DNA of 64,000 nucleotides. It comes from Sphingomonas sp. (GTDB taxonomy: Bacteria; Pseudomonadota; Alphaproteobacteria; Sphingomonadales; Sphingomonadaceae). A model generated the notes under the pieces. It was not told the DNA's origin. It worked only from the letters and a program-made list of their open reading frames with translations, and ran no database searches. The stretch's first letter is position 1, and the number at the start of each line of letters is the position of its first letter. Shown here piece after piece: positions 9,380 to 19,302 of this stretch. The position numbers and the translations under genes are program-made. Where the stretch lies: positions 9,374 through 73,373 of the forward strand of contig JAKFUX010000011.1 of assembly GCA_021732465.1 (NCBI GenBank). Direction: 5' to 3'.

Positions 9380-9682
9380 TCAGCCGAACGCCTCAGCAAG
9401 CGCCTTGTCGTGGCTCGCGATCGCTGCCCGTAGCGCTGCCTTTTTCTGTTCAAGCGCCCGATGTCGAAAGTACGCAATTATCGCGAATAGAATGGCCGCA
9501 GATACCATTGAAATAGCGCCGTCGGGCTCCTGCCACTTTGCATAATAGTAACTGGCTCCCACTAACGACATTCCGGCTGAGACCCACGCGGTTGCTGTGA
9601 TAACCTGTTCTGATAACCAGGAATAATGAGGCTCGGGCCTGCCGCTGCGAGGGTTGGTGATGTAGTCATGAAAGCCAAACAT
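9380..9682 (-). CDS. Small two-TM hypothetical protein, lower GC
   Basis: ORF from MFGFHDY; the upstream extension runs through a repeat. Confidence 0.5.
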   Translation of the reverse strand: MFGFHDYITNPRSGRPEPHYSWLSEQVITATAWVSAGMSLVGASYYYAKWQEPDGAISMVSAAILFAIIAYFRHRALEQKKAALRAAIASHDKALAEAFG

Positions 9683-9744
9683 GTCGCTCAATCTCACGAT
9701 TGCCAAATGCGTGCAATCGGGTCGATGGCCGCCCAACTCCGACC

Positions 9745-9901
9745 CGTCACCCCGGACTTGTTCCGGGGTCCACCGCGCACCAAAGGGCTGCACGCCTGGT
9801 GGAGGAGTGGACCCCGGAACAAGTCCGGGGTGACGAGGGAGGATGGGGCGCGATTTTTGGTATTGCCTGATCGCGCGACCCCAGCTTTCGCTGGGGTGAC
9901 G
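9745..9901. repeat. REP doublet (GTCACCCCGGACTTGTTCCGGGGTC type) plus a related single hairpin
   Basis: 29-bp IR 9745-9773 / 9807-9835; GACCCCAGCTTTCGCTGGGGTGACG at 9877-9901. Confidence 0.88.
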
Positions 9902-9921
9902 TTTTGGCTAGAGGACGTGCC

Positions 9922-10839
9922 ATGACCAACCCCGCTTCCACCCCCAATCACGCGCCAGACCCGGCGATGCTCGCCAAGGCGGAAACGCTGACCGAGGCGT
10001 TGCCTTATCTTCAGCGCTATGCCGGCAAGACCTTTGTCGTGAAATATGGCGGGCACGCGATGGGCGATCCCGAGCTTCAGCGCGATTTTGCCGAGGATGT
10101 CGTGTTGCTGAAGGCGGTGGGCATCAACCCCGTCGTCGTGCACGGTGGCGGGCCGCAAATTGGCGCGATGCTGAAAAAACTTGGCGTCGAATCGAGCTTT
10201 ATCGATGGCCTGCGCGTCACCGATGCGCAGACCGCGCAGGTCGCCGAAATGGTGCTGTCAGGCGCGATCAATAAGGAGATCGTCGCCTGGATCGGCCAGG
10301 CCGGGGGGCGGGCCATTGGCATTTCGGGCAAGGATGGCGGGTTCGTGCGTGCGTCAAAGGTCGAACGCACCACGCGCGACCCCGACAGCAATATCGAACG
10401 CGTCGTCGATCTGGGCTTTGTCGGCGAGCCGGAAGCGATTGATCGCAGCGTGATCGACACGATTTCAGGCGCCGGGATGATCCCCGTAATCGCCCCGATT
10501 GGCATTGGCGCGGATGGGCAGACGTATAACATCAACGCCGATACAATGGCGGGCGCGATTGCGGCGGCGCTGGGGGCGTCACGCTTGTTCCTGCTCACCG
10601 ATGTGGCGGGCGTGCTCGACAAGGGCGGGCAATTGCTGACCGATCTTGATCCGACCGCGATTGCGGCCTTGCGCGCTGACGGCACGATCAGCGGCGGGAT
10701 GATCCCCAAGCTGGAGACGTGCATCACCGCGGTTGAGGGGGGGGTGGATGCCGCCGTTATCCTTGACGGGCGCGTGCCGCATGCGATGCTGCTTGAAATC
10801 TTCACCCAGGCAGGGGCAGGGACATTGGTTCACCGCTAA
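9922..10839 (+). CDS. argB: Acetylglutamate kinase
   Basis: [34 protein letters not shown]. Confidence 0.96.
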   Translation: MTNPASTPNHAPDPAMLAKAETLTEALPYLQRYAGKTFVVKYGGHAMGDPELQRDFAEDVVLLKAVGINPVVVHGGGPQIGAMLKKLGVESSFIDGLRVTDAQTAQVAEMVLSGAINKEIVAWIGQAGGRAIGISGKDGGFVRASKVERTTRDPDSNIERVVDLGFVGEPEAIDRSVIDTISGAGMIPVIAPIGIGADGQTYNINADTMAGAIAAALGASRLFLLTDVAGVLDKGGQLLTDLDPTAIAALRADGTISGGMIPKLETCITAVEGGVDAAVILDGRVPHAMLLEIFTQAGAGTLVHR

Positions 10840-10890
10840 CCCCTTGCTCACGTGTTTTAGTATAGTATAACGCCTGTATAGGCCAATGGA

Positions 10891-11202
10891 GTGCCCCGTT
10901 TGATCACGCTTATCCAGATTGCGACCGTCCTGCTCAACCTGGTCTGGTGGATCATCGTCGTCCAGATCATCCTGTCGCTGCTGATCGCTTTCAACGTGAT
11001 CAACACCTATAATGATTTTGTCCGCTCGCTGCACCAGGGCCTCGAAAAGCTGACCGAGCCGATCTACCGGCCCATTCGCCGTGTGCTGCCCGATTTTGGC
11101 CAGATTGATTTTTCGCCTGCCGTGGTGCTGATCGGCCTGCAGATTGTGCAGATGGTACTCGCCAACGTGGCCAATTCGATCCAGACGGGTGCGCCGCTCT
11201 GA
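10891..11202 (+). CDS. yggT: YggT-family membrane protein
   Basis: LTEPIYRPIRRVLP..IDFSP; argB-yggT-folD context; start uncertain (10891/10900). Confidence 0.88.
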   Translation: MPRLITLIQIATVLLNLVWWIIVVQIILSLLIAFNVINTYNDFVRSLHQGLEKLTEPIYRPIRRVLPDFGQIDFSPAVVLIGLQIVQMVLANVANSIQTGAPL

Positions 11203-11293
11203 TCGGAGCACGCCTAGCTTCCTTTCGCTGAATTGAACCTGCGCGTCTGCAAAGGGTGGCGCAGATCGCCCTTGCGCCTTATGGCCCGGCCCC

Positions 11294-12169
11294 ATGAGTG
11301 CACAGATCATCGATGGCAAAGCCTTTGCAGCCGCGCTGCGGGGCCGGATCGCCGCACAGGTGGCGACCTTGCGGGAAGCTGGCGCGCGCGCGCCTGGGCT
11401 GGCGGTGGTGCTGGTGGGGGATGATCCCGCCTCCGCCGTCTATGTCCGCAACAAGCACAAGGCGACGATTGCGGCCGGCATGGCGAGCTTTGAATACCGC
11501 CTGCCCGCCGATACCGCACAGGATGAATTAATGGCGCTGGTCGCCAGCCTGAACGCCGACCCTGCGGTTGACGGCATCTTGGTTCAGTTGCCGCTGCCGC
11601 CGCAGATCGATGCCGATGCGGTGCTGCTGACGATCGATCCTGACAAGGATGTGGACGGTTTTCACCCCGTCAACGCGGGCCGGCTCGCAACGGGTCTGCC
11701 GGGATTCGTGCCCTGTACGCCGTTTGGTTGCGTGATGCTGCTCAAGGATCAGATCGGCGATCTGGCCGGGCTGGAAGCAGTGGTGGTTGGCCGATCAAAC
11801 ATTGTCGGCAAGCCGTTGGCGCAATTGCTGATCGCCGAAAGCTGCACCGTCACTGTGGCGCATTCGAAAACCCGCGATCTGGCTGGGGTGATCCACCGCG
11901 CCGACATTGTCGTGGCAGCGGTAGGGCGGCCTGAGATGATCAAGGGTGAGTGGATCAAACCCGGTGCGGTTGTGATCGATGTCGGCATCAACCGAACCGA
12001 AGCCGGGCTGGTTGGGGACGTTGATTTTGGCGGTGCGGCCAGCGTGGCCAGCGCCATTACGCCCGTACCCGGCGGCGTGGGGCCGATGACGATTGCTTGC
12101 TTGTTGCGCAACACATTGGTGTCGGCATGCCGCCGCGCTGGGGTGGCACTTGACGAGACGTTGCTGTGA
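11294..12169 (+). CDS. folD: Methylene-THF dehydrogenase/cyclohydrolase
   Basis: [37 protein letters not shown]. Confidence 0.97.
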   Translation: MSAQIIDGKAFAAALRGRIAAQVATLREAGARAPGLAVVLVGDDPASAVYVRNKHKATIAAGMASFEYRLPADTAQDELMALVASLNADPAVDGILVQLPLPPQIDADAVLLTIDPDKDVDGFHPVNAGRLATGLPGFVPCTPFGCVMLLKDQIGDLAGLEAVVVGRSNIVGKPLAQLLIAESCTVTVAHSKTRDLAGVIHRADIVVAAVGRPEMIKGEWIKPGAVVIDVGINRTEAGLVGDVDFGGAASVASAITPVPGGVGPMTIACLLRNTLVSACRRAGVALDETLL

Positions 12170-12786
12170 TGGAGCTGTTCATCTCGTCACTGATCACCTT
12201 TTTCGTGGTGATCGATCCCCCGGGCTGCGCGCCAATCTATGCCGGACTCACAGCGGGCGTGCCCGCGGTGCATGCGCGCGCGATGGCGATCCGCGCGGTG
12301 TTGATCGCGGGTGCGATCCTGGTGGTGTTTGCGCTGTTCGGGCAAGATATTCTGCGCGCACTGGGGATCAGCCTGGATAGTTTCCGGATCGCAGGCGGCA
12401 TCATGTTGTTTATGATCGCGCTGGACATGGTGTTCGAAAAGCGCACGCAGCGCCGCGAAGACCGTGCGCAAAAACTGCTCGACACGCCAGAGATTGAGGA
12501 CGTTTCCGTCTTTCCGATGGCGATGCCGATGATCGCCGGGCCGGGCTCCATCGCCAGCATCATGCTGCTGATGTCAAAGGGCACCGGGATAGAGCGTACG
12601 CTGGTCATCCTTGGCGCGCTGGGGACGATATTGGCGCTGACTTTGCTCGCGTTGATCCTGGCCGGGCCGCTGATGCGCATTCTGGGCGCGCGGATCGAGG
12701 CAGTGGTAACGCGGCTGCTCGGCGTGCTGTTGGCAGCGCTCGCCGCGCAATTCGTGATTGACGGGATCCGCGCCAGTTTTCCGTAG
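12169..12786 (+). CDS. marC: MarC-family membrane protein
   Basis: IDPPG, FRIAGG, PMAMPMIAGPG; overlaps the folD stop. Confidence 0.9.
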   Translation: MELFISSLITFFVVIDPPGCAPIYAGLTAGVPAVHARAMAIRAVLIAGAILVVFALFGQDILRALGISLDSFRIAGGIMLFMIALDMVFEKRTQRREDRAQKLLDTPEIEDVSVFPMAMPMIAGPGSIASIMLLMSKGTGIERTLVILGALGTILALTLLALILAGPLMRILGARIEAVVTRLLGVLLAALAAQFVIDGIRASFP

Positions 12787-12920
12787 AGCATCGTGCGGTA
12801 ATTCAGGATCACCCGTCACCCACGAGCGCAGCGAAGCAATCCAGCCTATCCGCCAGCACGCCGCTGGATTGCTTCGCTGCGCTCGCAATGACGATTCATA
12901 TTTCAAGAACGATGCCCTAG
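12784..12920 (+). mobile_element. 137-bp MITE-like repeat, copy 1
   Basis: Termini TAGAGCATCGT / ACGATGCCCTAG; internal IR GAGCGCAGCGAAGCAATCCAGC; near-identical inverted copy at 19166-19302. Confidence 0.8.
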
Positions 12921-12971
12921 ACGGTCATCCATCTATCGCCGCCATTTGCCCTGCGCCCGCTGAAACCGGCG

Positions 12972-14735
12972 CTATCGTATCCACCACAGCCGAAGCGGAG
13001 ACTTGGTGGGCAATGCCACCGGCTCCAGCCAGTCGGGCGCTTCGCCTTTGGCCAGCTTTGCATAAAAGCCCTGTTTCGCCCGCACGGTATAAACGGTCGA
13101 TTCAGCCATGTTGGGGCAGGTGAGGAGCAGCGTTGCCCCGTGCCGCCGGGCAATCGCGCGGAATTGATCGGCTGAACCGGTAAACGCATGCTGCACATCC
13201 AAAATCGCATCGCCATTACGGTGATACGGCCCGGCCACAGCGGAATGATGGGTGAGGGTAATCAGCCTTGGCCCCAGATCGACAAAGGTGAAAATCGTCT
13301 GTGCGGGAAGCCGGTTGAGCACGCCCAGCACCGGAATCGTCGGGCAACTGGCCCCCGCCCGGTTAACGGCCTTTGTGCGCAGGGTTGGCTTGTCGGGTGC
13401 GACATATTTCACCGCAAAGCCAACAAATACGCCAGAAATGATGATGAAGGACGCAACGGTGCCAAATACGCGCACCAGCATGGAACGATGTCCCAGGCAC
13501 CACGGGAACACGATCCACCCCAGCGCCACCGCACCCGGCACGGCCAGCAATTGCGCCGCCGCGCCCGCGCGCACCTGCCACAGCATCAGGCCCCCTGCCA
13601 GCAGCGCGAACAACAGCACGGCGGACCATGGCACGAAACGGTCGCTCCGCCGCGCGCGCCACGTGGCGATTATCGCCCCGATCACCCCGATGATTGGCAA
13701 TGCCGCTACGGGCAGCGCGTTGCGCCAGGGATGGTCATAGATCGGTTTGGCTTCGCGGACATTGTTCAGCCAATTGCGCGCCAGTTCGGGCGAAACCTGT
13801 TCCGGTCGCCCCACGCATTGCGGAAACACCAGCGCAAAGGCGGTGATGATCGCGATCCCTGCTGCCGCTGCCAGCGCCAGTCGGATGGGACGTCCATCAG
13901 GATTGATCCGCGCCAGCATGAACAACAGCGTCCCCGCTTCGATCATCACGCTCAGCCATACCGGGGTTAGCGCGTCACAGCGCAGCACCGCATTGGCACT
14001 TGATGCGAACAGCACATAGCCAACCGCGCTGCACCCCGCGAGCGCCAGCCCATATACTGACAGCCGGTCACTCTCCCCCCGGTCCCACACCCAGCGAAGT
14101 GCCGTGATCGCACCTGCGCCTGCCGCATAGGGCAGCATTTCCAGCCCGATGCTAAGCGACACGGCGCTCACCAGCCCAACCACGATGCCACCGCGCCGTT
14201 GGCGTTGGTCGGCCAGCCCGGCCACCGTGATGCTCAGGCAGGCAAGCTGCCACCCGTGATGATCGATCCGTTCCGGCATGAACATCAGCATCGTCGCGGT
14301 GCACAGCAGCAGGAAAATCAGCGCCAGCGGCCAGGCAACGGGGCTCACCAGCCGCCGAACGGTGAAGGCAAGGCCGGCCATCGTCACCGAAAGCGGCAAT
14401 AGCGGTGCGATGCCGCAGGCCAGCTTTTCGGCCATCACGGTGCCGACAAACGGCTTGAAGACCAAAATCAGCGCCGCAATCGGCAAATCGACGATCCGGC
14501 TCCAGTGGATGTCGAAACCGGCAGGCGGATTGAGCCGGTATTGCCGCAAATCATACCAACCCTGCCCGCCGAGCAGCGCGCGTACCTGCATCAGGCGCAT
14601 ATTGTCGTCTGTGTCGCTCAGCGATAGCCACCAGATGCTGGGCCAGCGCTGCCAGATGATGCACATCGCGATCAATGCCCACGCCACCAGCGTCAGGCTA
14701 AGCCAGTTTTTCTGCAGCTCGTGCCCGAATGGCAT
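12972..14735 (-). CDS. Polytopic GT-C glycosyltransferase, STT3/PglB/AglB-like architecture
   Basis: About 13 TM plus a C-terminal soluble domain; motifs DTDDNMR, P.G.DIHW, IDHH, NVREAKP, FVDLG..AVAGPYH; start at MPFGHE chosen over the 15077 ORF start. Confidence 0.72.
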   Translation of the reverse strand: MPFGHELQKNWLSLTLVAWALIAMCIIWQRWPSIWWLSLSDTDDNMRLMQVRALLGGQGWYDLRQYRLNPPAGFDIHWSRIVDLPIAALILVFKPFVGTVMAEKLACGIAPLLPLSVTMAGLAFTVRRLVSPVAWPLALIFLLLCTATMLMFMPERIDHHGWQLACLSITVAGLADQRQRRGGIVVGLVSAVSLSIGLEMLPYAAGAGAITALRWVWDRGESDRLSVYGLALAGCSAVGYVLFASSANAVLRCDALTPVWLSVMIEAGTLLFMLARINPDGRPIRLALAAAAGIAIITAFALVFPQCVGRPEQVSPELARNWLNNVREAKPIYDHPWRNALPVAALPIIGVIGAIIATWRARRSDRFVPWSAVLLFALLAGGLMLWQVRAGAAAQLLAVPGAVALGWIVFPWCLGHRSMLVRVFGTVASFIIISGVFVGFAVKYVAPDKPTLRTKAVNRAGASCPTIPVLGVLNRLPAQTIFTFVDLGPRLITLTHHSAVAGPYHRNGDAILDVQHAFTGSADQFRAIARRHGATLLLTCPNMAESTVYTVRAKQGFYAKLAKGEAPDWLEPVALPTKSPLRLWWIR

Positions 14736-14819
14736 CTGACGGTTGTTGGTGTCGTTCAAAGAAGCTTCCCTCGCCAGCCTCTGCGCTCTAGTGCGGCCTC
14801 CACAAAGGGCAAGCGGCAC

Positions 14820-15272
14820 GTGAAAACTCTGCATCATCTTGGCAATCAGTTCGGCGATCGGCTGGGTGTGTTGGTTGGCGGGCGCGATGTGGCGGATCAG
14901 TTGATGCGTTTTGCGGTGGCGGGCGGACTGTCGACGATCATTTATTCGGCGGTGTACCTGCCGCTGACGGGCACCGTGTTTCCCGGATCGCGGGCCGTAT
15001 ATGCGGTGCCTTTCGCCTTTGCCGTTGCTGTCACCGCGGGGTATTTCCTGCACAGCCGGTGGAGCTTCAAGGGACACGGCAAGCGCGAAGCTGGCGGTTT
15101 GCAGCAGCTGAAGTTTGTCGCGGTGCAGGCATCCGGTGTCGGGCTGAACGCGCTGATCACGTGGACAGGCACGGCGGTGCTTGGCTATCCGGCGTGGGTG
15201 CCGTTGTTACCAGCGGTCGCGGTAGCGACGATCTTTACCTTCATCCTCAATCGCTGGCTGGTATTTTCGTGA
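14820..15272 (+). CDS. gtrA: GtrA-family lipid-linked sugar flippase
   Basis: RFAVAGG, YFLHSRWSF, FILNRWLVF, 4 TM; GTG at 14820. Confidence 0.85.
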   Translation: MKTLHHLGNQFGDRLGVLVGGRDVADQLMRFAVAGGLSTIIYSAVYLPLTGTVFPGSRAVYAVPFAFAVAVTAGYFLHSRWSFKGHGKREAGGLQQLKFVAVQASGVGLNALITWTGTAVLGYPAWVPLLPAVAVATIFTFILNRWLVFS

Positions 15273-15284
15273 TGGCACAACGGC

Positions 15285-16016
15285 ATGGATAGAATCGTTT
15301 ACGACCGGATGGCGGCGCATGATTCCACCCATTGGTGGTACCGCGCGCGGCGAGAGATTCTGTTCGATTATCTGACGCGAGAGGCTGCTTTGCCCCGGGA
15401 TGCGCGCATCCTGGAGATTGGCTGCGGCACCGGGCACAACCTGCCGATGCTGGCGCGATTTGGCAGTGTTGAGGCCATTGAAATTGATCCGGTTGCGCGC
15501 GGCATCGCCAGCGAGCGGCTCGGCAAGCCGGTGAGCGCTGCCCCCTTGCCTGAACTGCCGGGCATTGAACGTGGCGCTTATGATCTGATCGCCGTGCTTG
15601 ATGTAGTGGAGCATATTGAGGACGATGTCGCGGCGTTGAAGGCGATGCGGGATTGCCTGAAACCCGGCGGCAAAATTCTCATCACCGTGCCCGCGCACCA
15701 GTGGATGTGGAGCGCCCATGATGTCGTGAACCACCACCACCGCCGTTATTCAAAGGCCAGCCTGGGCCGCGCAATTTCAGCGGCGGGGCTGGGGCATAAT
15801 GGCCTGCGCTATTTCAATTCGCTGCTGTTCCCGCTGGCCGCCGCTGCACGGGTGGCAGGGCGGATGACGGGGCGGGACGACAGCGATGATTCGCCGCCGC
15901 CCAAAGCATTGAATACGCTGTTTGAGACAATTTTCGGCTGGGAACGGCATCTGGTTGGCCGCATGCCGCTGCCGCCCGGCGTGTCGATTGTCACGCTGGC
16001 AGGGTCGGGAACGTAG
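15285..16016 (+). CDS. Class I SAM-dependent methyltransferase associated with Gtr-type loci
   Basis: HWWYRARR, ILEIGCGTG, DVVEHIEDD, TVPA..WSAHD..HHRRY. Confidence 0.9.
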   Translation: MDRIVYDRMAAHDSTHWWYRARREILFDYLTREAALPRDARILEIGCGTGHNLPMLARFGSVEAIEIDPVARGIASERLGKPVSAAPLPELPGIERGAYDLIAVLDVVEHIEDDVAALKAMRDCLKPGGKILITVPAHQWMWSAHDVVNHHHRRYSKASLGRAISAAGLGHNGLRYFNSLLFPLAAAARVAGRMTGRDDSDDSPPPKALNTLFETIFGWERHLVGRMPLPPGVSIVTLAGSGT

Positions 16017-16036
16017 CGTAGGATCGCATTACTTCA

Positions 16037-16121
16037 CCCCGCGCGTCCTGATCGCAGTTGAGGAGCGTGCCGCAGACGAATCGTGAGCGGCATGTTTCTC
16101 GACTGCGCTCGAAACGAACGG
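16037..16121. repeat. Degenerate REP-like palindromic repeat
   Basis: Right arm TTCTCGACTGCGCTCGAAACGAACGG resembles the 8519 repeat family; left arm decayed. Confidence 0.5.
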
Positions 16122-16143
16122 ATTTGCGTGCGTTAAACTAATG

Positions 16144-17190
16144 TCATTCCGGCTTGGCGCGTGGTTTGCGCGCGCGCGGTGCGGGCGTGGCGGCAGGCAA
16201 TGCAGGCACCACCGCAGGCGCTTCGGCCTGATAGCCCAAAGTCGCCTTGCCGCCGATTGGCCCGGCAACATCGGCGACCAGATAGAGCGGCCGCCGTTTC
16301 GATTCGACATATAGCCGCCCGAGATATTCGCCAATCATTCCCAGCACGAACATCTGCACCGCGCCCAGCAGGACGACCACCAGCATCGTCGATGTCCAGC
16401 CCTGTACGGCGCTGCCGGTGAAAAACCCGATTGCGATATACACAAATAGCAGCAGCGACGCCCCGGTCAGCGCCAAGCCAAAATGGCTGGCAAAGCGCAA
16501 GGGGGCGGTGGAAAAGCCGGTCATGGCATCCAGCGCAAACCGAATCATCTTGGCCAGCGGATATTTGGTTTCACCGGCATGGCGTTCTGCGCGGTCGTAC
16601 AAAAACGGCACCTGACGAAACCCGATCCATGCCACCATCCCGCGAATGAAGCGTGCCTGTTCGGGCAGCGACAGAAATGCATCCAGCGCGCGCCTGCTCA
16701 TCAGCCGGAAATCGCCGGTATCAAGCGGAATGGGCGTATCGGTGACGCGGTCGAGCACGCGGTAAAACAGGGCGGCGGTCAGCTTTTTGAACAGCGTTTC
16801 ACCCTCACGCTTGCGACGCACGGCATAGACGACATCGGCTTGCTCGGCGGCCATCGTCGCGCGCATATCGGCGAGCAGTTCCGGCGGATCCTGCAGATCG
16901 GCATCGATAATCATGATCTGCGCGCCGCAGCACAGATCAAGCCCCGCCGTCAGCGCCAGTTGGTGGCCGTGATTGCGCGACAGGTTGATGGCGACCAGAT
17001 GGGGATCGCTTGCGGCCAGCCGCTGCATGACGGGCCAGCTATCATCGCGCGACCCATCATTGACGAACACAATCTCATAGTCGTCGCCAACCGCAGCCCG
17101 GGCTGCGCCCGATACGCGGGTGTGGAGAATATCAAGACAGGCGGCTTCGTTGTAACAGGGCACAACGATGGAAAGGGCGGGGCGATGCAT
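16144..17190 (-). CDS. gtrB: GT2 polyprenol-phosphate glycosyltransferase (GtrB/ArnC-like)
   Basis: VVPCYNE, VNDGSRD, SRNHGHQ, DADLQDPP, TGDFRL, 2 C-terminal TM, IGEYLGR. Confidence 0.88.
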   Translation of the reverse strand: MHRPALSIVVPCYNEAACLDILHTRVSGAARAAVGDDYEIVFVNDGSRDDSWPVMQRLAASDPHLVAINLSRNHGHQLALTAGLDLCCGAQIMIIDADLQDPPELLADMRATMAAEQADVVYAVRRKREGETLFKKLTAALFYRVLDRVTDTPIPLDTGDFRLMSRRALDAFLSLPEQARFIRGMVAWIGFRQVPFLYDRAERHAGETKYPLAKMIRFALDAMTGFSTAPLRFASHFGLALTGASLLLFVYIAIGFFTGSAVQGWTSTMLVVVLLGAVQMFVLGMIGEYLGRLYVESKRRPLYLVADVAGPIGGKATLGYQAEAPAVVPALPAATPAPRARKPRAKPE

Positions 17191-17255
17191 TTCAATGCCC
17201 CTAGTCCATGTCCGCCCGTGGTAAAATCCCCTGATTGCGCCCCCAGCGCGCGCGA

Positions 17256-19061
17256 TCAGCCCTTGGCGGCCTTTGCGCGGGCCTCCACCAGCCGCTCCAG
17301 GATCGTCAGTGGCACGGCGCCATCGCGCAGCACCTCATGAAACGCGCGCAGATCGAACTTGTCGCCCAGGATGCGCTTGGCATTGTCCCGCGCCCGCAGC
17401 CAGCTGATATGGCCCAGTTTATAGCTGCATGCCTGGCCCGCTTGCGTGCAATAACGCTCAATTTCGCGCTGCGATCTGGGCCGTGCAAAGCCAACCGTCT
17501 CCACGAAATAATCGGTCGCTTGTTCGCGCGTCCAGCGTTTGGCGTGAAGGCCGGTATCGGCGACCAATCGCGCGGCGCGGAACAGGAAACTTTGCAGATA
17601 GCCTGCCCGCTCAATCGCGCTGGCATAGCCGCCCAGTTCATCGGCGACCTGCTCTGCATAGAGCGCCCAGCCTTCCGAATAGGCGCTGAAGCCCGACAAC
17701 CGGCGGAGCAGCGGCGAATTGAGCTTTTGCACGATGCTGAGCTGCAGGTGATGCCCCGGCACACCTTCGTGATAGCTGAGAGAGGGCAGGGTGTATTTCG
17801 GCCAGTCGCCCACACTTTTCAGGTTGATAAAATAGATCGCCGGGCGTTTTCCGTCGAGCGAGGCGCGGCGATAATAGCCGTTCGACGCGCCGTCCTGGAT
17901 TTCCACGGGCACGGCGCGAATATCGAGCGGTTCGGCGGGCGGGTTCAGGAAAGCCTTGCCCAGCCGGGCCTGCATGGCCGCCACGCCAACGTTCAGCCCG
18001 GCGAGCAACTCAGCGCGGCCTTCGGCGGTGTCGGCATAAAGCTGTGCCGGCATTTCATTGAGCGCGGTCAGGCGGGCACCAACGCTTCCCTTGGTCAGCC
18101 CCTGCGCCCTCAGGATCGCATCAAGTTCAGCGGTCAACGCGGCAACCTGTTCTTGGCCGATCTTGTGCACTTCATCGGGTGTGAAGTTGGTGGTGGTCGC
18201 CGCCTTCAGCGCATCGGCATAGATCGCTTCGCCATCCGGCAGCGCCCATAGCCCTGCTTCCTTGCGGCGCGGCAGCGATTCGACGAGCGCAATCTGCCGG
18301 TCAAGCGCGGGGTAAACCTGTGCCTCAATGATGGCGGCGGCTTTTGTGCCCCAATCCCCCGCCAACCCGGCCGCCTTGGCGCGCGTGGCGAGTGAATTGA
18401 CCATCGAGCTTGCCGCCGCTGGCTTGCCACGCAGCGCCTTTAGCTGACCAATCGTCAGATCAAGGGAGAAATCGGGCGCGACAAAGCCGCGTGCCGCCTC
18501 GTCCCGCTGGACCGCGCTGTCCTGATCAAGCGCTGTGGCAAAGGCGGAAAGCCTGGAGCAATAGGCTTCGGCATCGGCCGTCGTCTGGATTGTGTGCGCC
18601 GAATTCAGGAAATCGGGGATGGAAAAATACGCCCCGCCCTGCTGAAAGATCCGGTAAGGGCGGATCGTGCTGCCAATGCCGAATTTGTCGGGACCGACGA
18701 TGCCGCTGCGCAGCGAATACAGCACAACCTCGCGGTCCAGCTTGCTCGTTTCGGAAAGCCCGGCGGCGTCGACCGCTTCCACACGGGCAATGGCTTTTTT
18801 GGCGCGGGCAAGATCAGTGGCGCGCGATGCGAGGGAGCGATCGCCAAGCTGTGATTTTGCAGCAGCCCTTTTGCCATTGTCGAGGCCAAGCTGGGTTACG
18901 CTTTCGGGCGAATCGTCAAGATTTTCCTGAAAGATCGCCTCAAGCAGTGCGTTCAGCGCTGCATCGCCCGCACCCGGCTGGCCTGCCGCCTTCAGCGCAC
19001 CGGGCGTCAGCGCCAGCGCCGTCACAGCGCCAGTCGATGAAAGAAACTGGCGGCGATCCAT
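17256..19061 (-). CDS. DUF885-family putative metallopeptidase, Tat-exported
   Basis: MDRRQFL twin-Arg signal; HEGVPGHHLQ, EGWALYAE, RAARLVADTGLH, EIERY. Confidence 0.9.
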   Translation of the reverse strand: MDRRQFLSSTGAVTALALTPGALKAAGQPGAGDAALNALLEAIFQENLDDSPESVTQLGLDNGKRAAAKSQLGDRSLASRATDLARAKKAIARVEAVDAAGLSETSKLDREVVLYSLRSGIVGPDKFGIGSTIRPYRIFQQGGAYFSIPDFLNSAHTIQTTADAEAYCSRLSAFATALDQDSAVQRDEAARGFVAPDFSLDLTIGQLKALRGKPAAASSMVNSLATRAKAAGLAGDWGTKAAAIIEAQVYPALDRQIALVESLPRRKEAGLWALPDGEAIYADALKAATTTNFTPDEVHKIGQEQVAALTAELDAILRAQGLTKGSVGARLTALNEMPAQLYADTAEGRAELLAGLNVGVAAMQARLGKAFLNPPAEPLDIRAVPVEIQDGASNGYYRRASLDGKRPAIYFINLKSVGDWPKYTLPSLSYHEGVPGHHLQLSIVQKLNSPLLRRLSGFSAYSEGWALYAEQVADELGGYASAIERAGYLQSFLFRAARLVADTGLHAKRWTREQATDYFVETVGFARPRSQREIERYCTQAGQACSYKLGHISWLRARDNAKRILGDKFDLRAFHEVLRDGAVPLTILERLVEARAKAAKG

Positions 19062-19127
19062 GGCAATATCCTTAGCGCGGGTGGGTTTTGAACCGGTATA
19101 ACCTAGCCACACGGCGCGCGCTGGCAA

Positions 19128-19169
19128 GGGATTATGGCCAGGGGATTATGGCCAGGGGATTATGGCTAG
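19128..19169. repeat. 14-bp tandem repeat x3 (GGGATTATGGCCAG)
   Basis: Read directly; the last unit overlaps the CTAG end of MITE copy 2. Confidence 0.9.
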
Positions 19170-19302
19170 AGCTGCCAGCGTAAAATCTGAATCGTCATTG
19201 CGAGCGCAGCGAAGCAATCCAGCGGCGTGCTCGCGGATAGGCTGGATTGCTTCGCTACGCTCGTGGGTGACGGGTGATCCTGAATTACGGCAGGATGCTT
19301 TA
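19166..19302 (-). mobile_element. MITE-like repeat, copy 2 (inverted relative to copy 1)
   Basis: Reverse complement of the 12784-12920 core; termini CTAGAGC / GATGCTTTA. Confidence 0.8.

Noticed and set aside
12972-15077. 701-aa ORF / AcrB-type RND pump
   Set aside because: The first 114 codons overlap the divergent gtrA; size and motifs do not fit RND
19128-19302. CRISPR array
   Set aside because: Short tandem units without unique spacers; no cas genes in the window
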